The notes under the pieces were generated by a model. The model was not told where the DNA came from. It saw only the letters and a program-made list of their open reading frames with translations, and made no database searches. DNA of 64,000 nucleotides, taken from an uncultured Cytophagales bacterium (lineage in GTDB: Bacteria; Bacteroidota; Bacteroidia; Cytophagales; Spirosomataceae). The DNA is taken from NCBI GenBank assembly GCA_963784335.1, contig CAWARB010000039.1, forward strand, positions 14,634 through 78,633. Direction: 5' to 3'. Positions 58,850 through 64,000 of the stretch are shown here, piece by piece. A program made the translations under genes and the position numbers. Within the stretch, counting starts at the first letter, position 1. The number at the start of each line of letters is the position of its first letter.

Positions 58850-61673
58850 ATGCGACTAACGCTGCCTCTCGCTTTTTTTGCGCTGACCACGGTTGCCCAG
58901 CCAGTGCCCCGGTATGTCATCTCCGCTCCGGCAGGGAATGAACAAACGAAAATTAATAAAACCGGCAAGACCGTGCTACCCAATGGCCGGTTTATTACTC
59001 CACGCGGCACGCAGATTGAAACGGCTCCGCACCCCTACGGCCTGATTCTGAGTCCCGACCGTGGCGACGGCGCGGGGCAAACCGTCATTACCGCCAATTC
59101 GGGAATAGAGCCGTTTTCTATCTCCATCCTGCGCGACGTGTTTGGTAGCAGTCCGACGGTGAAACAGATTCCTGAAGGCGTGAAAACCGACAACGGCGTT
59201 CTTGAAGCCTGTTTTATGGGACTGGCCGTAACGCCCGACGGCAGAACCGTATACGTGGCCGGGGGCGAAACCAACAAGATTTTCTCGTTCGACCTGGCTA
59301 CCGGCAAACCGGGTGGCGTAATTAACTGCAGCGCGAAAACAGGAACGGAAGACTACCGGCACGGCTACATTGGCGATATGGTCCTCACGCGGGATGGTAA
59401 AACCCTGTACGCTGTCGACCAGATTGGCTTTCGGATGCTGGTCATCGACATGGCGACGAAAAAGATTCTGCACAATGTACCAACGGGGCGCTATCCGTTC
59501 GGGATTACGCTGTCGCCGGATGAGAAAACGGCTTACGTGGCTAACGTAGGTGTTTTTGAGTATAAACCGTTCACGGATTTAGACCGGAAAGACCTGAAGA
59601 AAACGGCTCATAATTTCCCGGCTACCAGGTACAATTCGCCGGAAATGAAGGAAGGTATTCCGGCCGAAGGTGTCCCCGCCCTCGGCGACCCGAACGCGCC
59701 GGAAGCGTTTTCGGTGTGGTGTATCAAGCTCGACGGAACGCCAGCCGTTACGGCCCGAATAAAAACTGGTTTTCTGGTCGGCCAGATGGTGGAGGACTTT
59801 CCGGCGGTGGGCGGCAGTAGCCCCAACTCGGTGGTGGCTACTGACCAGTACGTGTTTGTGAGCAACGGCAATAACGACTGCGTGTCGGTCATCGACGTGA
59901 AAACCAGTAAGGTGCTCAAAAACATTGGCCTTTCGCCCGACCGGATCGCCGGACCGCTCCGGCTGGGTAACCTGCGCGGTGTTATTCCCTTCGGGCTGGC
60001 GCTGTCGCCGGATAGTAAACGCCTGTATGTGGCCGAAGCGGGTATCAACGCGGTGGCCGTAGTCGATGTGCCGACGCTGACCGTGCTGGGGCATATTCCT
60101 ACTGGGTGGTTCCCGTCCAAACTGAAAGTGAGCGCAGATAGCAGGAAGCTTATCGTTGCCAATGCCAAGGGATACGGCAGTGGGCCCAACGGAGGGAAGA
60201 ACTTCCAGCTTGGGCTGAAAGGGAGCTACATCGGTAGTCTGATGAACGGTACTGTTTCAGTCATGGACATACCAACCGATACCCAGCTAAAAGCCGAAAC
60301 GGAGCAGGTGATAGCCAACAATTTTACAATTCGCCCCGTATCGGATATAAAACCATCATCCAACCCAATTCCGGCATTTGCCGGGCAAAAGACATCACCC
60401 ATCAAACACATCGTTTTTCTGGCCAAAGAGAACCGCACCTACGATGAGATATTTGGGCAGGTGACCAACGGTGATGGGGATTCGACCCTGGCCCGCTACG
60501 GCGTGGGTGTGTCCGTAAAAGCACGGGGTAGTAAGCAGGTCGTGGAGACATGCCAGCGTCATGCCGAATCACCTCGCTTTGGCCCGCCGGTTTGCCATGT
60601 CCGACAATTTTTACTGCGACTCCGACGTATCCGCCGACGGGCACCGCTGGCTCGTGAACACCTACCCCAATGAGTGGGTCGAAACGGGAACGGCGGCCGC
60701 TTACGGCGGTAAACGTTCTATGAAGGATAGCTCCAGTGCGCCCGGTAATCTGGCTTTCTACGGTTCGGCGGGGTCCATTTATCCCGAAGATTACAATGAA
60801 GGCGGCTCCATGTGGGAACACCTCGAACGCTGGAAGAAAGACTTCTTTAACTTCGGTTTCGGGGTTGAAATGGCGGGGGCCTACAGCGACAGCACCATGA
60901 AGTACATCGGGGAGAAGTACACCATCAACTACCCGCTACCCGCCCCGCTGTTCGACCGGTCCTCTCGTACATTCCCGACCTACAATATGGCCGTACCCGA
61001 CCAGTTTCGGGCTGATGTGTTCATCAAAGAATTTAACGAGAAGTGGATGCCAAACGCCACCGGTAAGGGTGATACGTTACCGGCGGTCATCACGCTCATG
61101 CTACCCAACGACCACGGGACCAAGCCGCGCCCGAAAGCTGGTTTTCCGTTTACGGAGAGTTATATGGCGGATAACGACCTGGCCGTTGGGCGCACCATCG
61201 AATTTTTATCGAACACACCCTACTGGAAAAACATGGCCATTTTTATCGTGGAAGACGACCCGCAGGGCGGTGTTGACCACGTCGATGCGCACCGGAGTCT
61301 GATGGTAGCTATTTCGCCCTACGCCAAAAAGAACTACGTGGGCCACGTGCATTACAGTTTTGGCAGCGTGTTCAAAACGTTCTGGAATATCCTGGGGATT
61401 CCCTGCCTGAATCAGTACGACGCCGGGGCCACCGACATGAGCGACCTCTTCACCGATACACCCGACTTCACGCCTTACCGCGCCCTCCCCGCCGACGTGC
61501 GCCTGTTCGACCCGCAAAAGGCACTGGATCCCTTCGACGAAAAATTCGACTGGAAAGCCTTCTCCGAATCGGAAGAATTGGACCGCACCGAAACCATGCA
61601 GAAACGCCGGGCCGAGGACGATGAGGATGCCCGGGAAAAGACGAGGAAGCAGAAAAAGAAGCGCAATCGGTAG
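58850..61673 (+). CDS. YncE/YVTN beta-propeller + phosphoesterase fusion, copy 2 (one +1 frameshift near 60548)
   Basis: Signal peptide, VLPNGRFITPRG, PFG..LSPD repeats, IKHIVFLAKENRTYD, DNFYCDSDVSADGHRW, PDQFR, LPNDH, EDDPQGGVDHVDAHRS. Confidence 0.82.
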
Positions 61674-61952
61674 GTAAGCAGGATGCCTGATAGACTACCA
61701 AAATAAACAAAAAAAGCGGCAATTGGTATAAAGGCCCGGCCAGCGTTAAAACGAAGGATAATAATGACCTATGTTGGGTTAATTATCAGTTGAACGCGCT
61801 AAAGGACAGGTACATACCTACTGCCACTGTGTTGGGAAAGCTACAATAATTGGACTATACGTAGAACGCGTATTATGCTGTCTATTTTTTGCGGATAATA
61901 GTTGGTTAAGTGATTGATTTGGAGCAACTTCATATTAAAATCCCTATCGCCC

Positions 61953-62204
61953 ATGACACTTAAATCAATTACCCTGCTAGCCTTGGTCTGTATGGCCATA
62001 CTGGCTGTGCTGTTTTACCTTCTCCGAAAGGTTAGATTTAAAAAAGACTGTCCTGTATGCGGGAACATGTACACCGACCGTATTGCCAGGCCGAAGTGGT
62101 TAAGACTCGTTCCGAGCAAAGCGTATCAGTGTAACGCCTGTCGTCACCGATACTACTACATCGGCCGCAAATATGAGTCCTCTACACCGGCAGTACTAAT
62201 GTAA
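61953..62204 (+). CDS. Small membrane-anchored zinc-ribbon protein
   Basis: N-terminal TM helix, then CPVC...R..RP.W.R.....Y.CNAC. Confidence 0.6.
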   Translation: MTLKSITLLALVCMAILAVLFYLLRKVRFKKDCPVCGNMYTDRIARPKWLRLVPSKAYQCNACRHRYYYIGRKYESSTPAVLM

Positions 62205-62299
62205 TCTCAGAGCGACTTTACGTCCTTTTATGCCCTGCACGCCAACAATGGCTGGTGCCTGCACTTCCTTTGCCAACAAGTTGATCGCACTGAATAGAC

Positions 62300-62335
62300 G
62301 CGGGCCTACCAGTTGAAAATGACTGGTAGGCCCGC
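62300..62335. terminator. Stem-loop between convergent genes
   Basis: gcgggcctaccagt / actggtaggcccgc 14-bp perfect inverted repeat. Confidence 0.6.
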
Positions 62336-62407
62336 CAGGCAGACCAGAAAAAGAGGGAGATTCGGCAGGAGAAACTCCTGCTAAACCAGCGCATCCATAC
62401 TTCTCTG

Positions 62408-63610
62408 TTACTGCACCGAGCCGAAGAAGGAGTAGGTGCCGGTGATAAACTCCAGGATGCCGGTTCCATGGGTGGCCCCTTTTATGGTTTTCAACTCTAC
62501 ATTCGTAGCCCCCCGTTTCTGCATGGCTTCGTAGGCGTTCGCCGAATTAAGGTACAGCACAATTTCATCGGCATCACCATGATAAAGCTGCGTACGGGTT
62601 CTGGGTTTCCAGTCGTGGATGTCATTATCCTGCACCGCAGCCAGAAATTCTTTATCTGTGCCGTTGTTGATAGCTTGCCTGAAACTATCCGTGAATATCG
62701 TGTTCAGACTGACATTGATGGAAGCGTCCTTCCCTTGTGCCTTAATCTGCGAGGCATAAGGCTCTTTGAAATAGTACGTCATGGGGCGGTTGAGCCCATA
62801 AATACGGTCGTAGGTGAGCAATACCCATAGGTAAAGCCGATTGATATAATCCACACCCGCCGACTTATTATTGATGATTTGGTTCATGAACGCCGGTTTG
62901 TCGTAGGCGCCTGCCCCGCAACTCGACGCTACCAGATTGAACTCAGTACCGGTTTCTTCTTCCAGTTTCTTTTGCAGGGCCAGTGTCGCGTAACCCCCTT
63001 CCGAATACCCCGCAATGAACAGCCGCTTGTCCCAGTTTACCTGCTTGTCGGCCAGAAAATCGCGGGTGGCCCGCAGCATATCGAGCGAAGCCGTTGCCAG
63101 CCCATTACGGTGCTCATAAGTGTGGGGCAGGTCCTTTGAAGCCCCGTAACCAATGTAGTCGGGAGCCGCAATGATATAACCCTGCGACGCAAACACGGAA
63201 CCGTAGGTATAGGCTTCGCTGCCCGGTTCAAAGTTGGAGGGGGCATCATTGTTACTCGTAATGGTACCGTGTTGCATACTGAGCAGCGGCAGGGCGGCCG
63301 GTGCCACCGGAACAAGGAGTGCCCCCGACGCTTTAATGGTTTTCCCGTCGGTATTCGTAGTGGTGTATTCCAACCGATACGCTTTGATGCCGTAGCGAAT
63401 GAAGAATTGAAGCGGAGCAGAAGCACCACTAAACCGACTCCGTAATTGATTCGTCGAAAACTCACCGATTAGTGAACTGCTGACTAAGGTTCGGGTGGGA
63501 ACGGGTAAAAGAGAATCACTTTCACCCGCCTGACGACAGCCGGTGGGGGCTATCAGTACCAGGCAACCAGCAAGAAATAACGTAACGATTGATTTGATTT
63601 TTAGTGCCAT
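62408..63610 (-). CDS. Lipoprotein alpha/beta hydrolase (secretory lipase-like)
   Basis: Lipobox-like PTG|C; ASGALLVP, QHGT, APDYIGYG, GYSEGG, HGDADEIV, terminal His (ATHG). Confidence 0.85.
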   Translation of the reverse strand: MALKIKSIVTLFLAGCLVLIAPTGCRQAGESDSLLPVPTRTLVSSSLIGEFSTNQLRSRFSGASAPLQFFIRYGIKAYRLEYTTTNTDGKTIKASGALLVPVAPAALPLLSMQHGTITSNNDAPSNFEPGSEAYTYGSVFASQGYIIAAPDYIGYGASKDLPHTYEHRNGLATASLDMLRATRDFLADKQVNWDKRLFIAGYSEGGYATLALQKKLEEETGTEFNLVASSCGAGAYDKPAFMNQIINNKSAGVDYINRLYLWVLLTYDRIYGLNRPMTYYFKEPYASQIKAQGKDASINVSLNTIFTDSFRQAINNGTDKEFLAAVQDNDIHDWKPRTRTQLYHGDADEIVLYLNSANAYEAMQKRGATNVELKTIKGATHGTGILEFITGTYSFFGSVQ

Positions 63611-64000
63611 GAAAGCGTGTAGCATTGCTGTTTCGGGGTCTACTTTTCTAACGTTCGATACCCAATTTTCGTTTGTACCGGTGCCTGGCTACACATTGAT
63701 TTTATGGAAACGTAACCAATGCGTAAACCCGGACTCAGCCCCATAGCCCAGGGCGCTCTCTCTTAATTCTTACTGAAAAAATCGGATAACGTTACCCGGG
63801 ATGAAAACCACTAAAAGCGTTTGCTATTTTTTGATACCTGCTTTAGAAGTAGGTTCGTTGGTTAGCGGATAGGCTTCTGATGCGGGTTAGTTTATGAGTG
63901 GTGCCTTGATTAGTTTTGTCTGAACCGAAACCAGATATGGAAGCAACGGATGTATTCCCGGGCAAGTGGACAAAAAAGTTCTGACCGTAACGCAAGCCCT

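Noticed and set aside
63700-64000. Possible ncRNA or gene start at the right edge of the window
   Set aside because: No tRNA or known RNA motif recognised, and the ATG at 63937 closes after a few codons; context is cut off by the window end.

Overview
Chromosomal window from a Bacteroidota (Cytophagales, Spirosoma-like) genome, inferred from gene content, TAnnTTTG promoters and signal peptides cleaved before Gln. It holds housekeeping and accessory genes: nagB, an NCS2 permease with a secreted MTA/SAH nucleosidase, metY-metX under a SAM-I riboswitch followed by a Cys/Met-containing uORF, a GH130, an amidase, SSS/MFS transporters, a BNR/sialidase-fold plus ApnL-like operon, a stand-alone Rad52/DdrA-family gene, an ECF sigma factor with a decayed tandem copy, mscL, the distal half of the dcw cluster (murD-ftsW-murG-murC-ftsQ-ftsA-ftsZ), alkD, ffh and glpD. 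The most interesting region is about 46.3-61.7 kb, a candidate phosphonate/phosphonolipid utilisation locus. It encodes a PhnX-like HAD hydrolase, a TIGR03364-type FAD amine oxidase, a Tat metallophosphoesterase, a PhnZ-like HD oxygenase, and two beta-propeller/phosphoesterase fusions flanking a TonB-dependent receptor that has no SusD partner. An M43/FN3 protease gene on the opposite strand interrupts it. Many single-base frameshifts, densest in essential dcw genes, point to sequencing or assembly error. No tRNA, rRNA, CRISPR array or transposase was recognised. All family assignments are from motif recognition by eye, not database searches.
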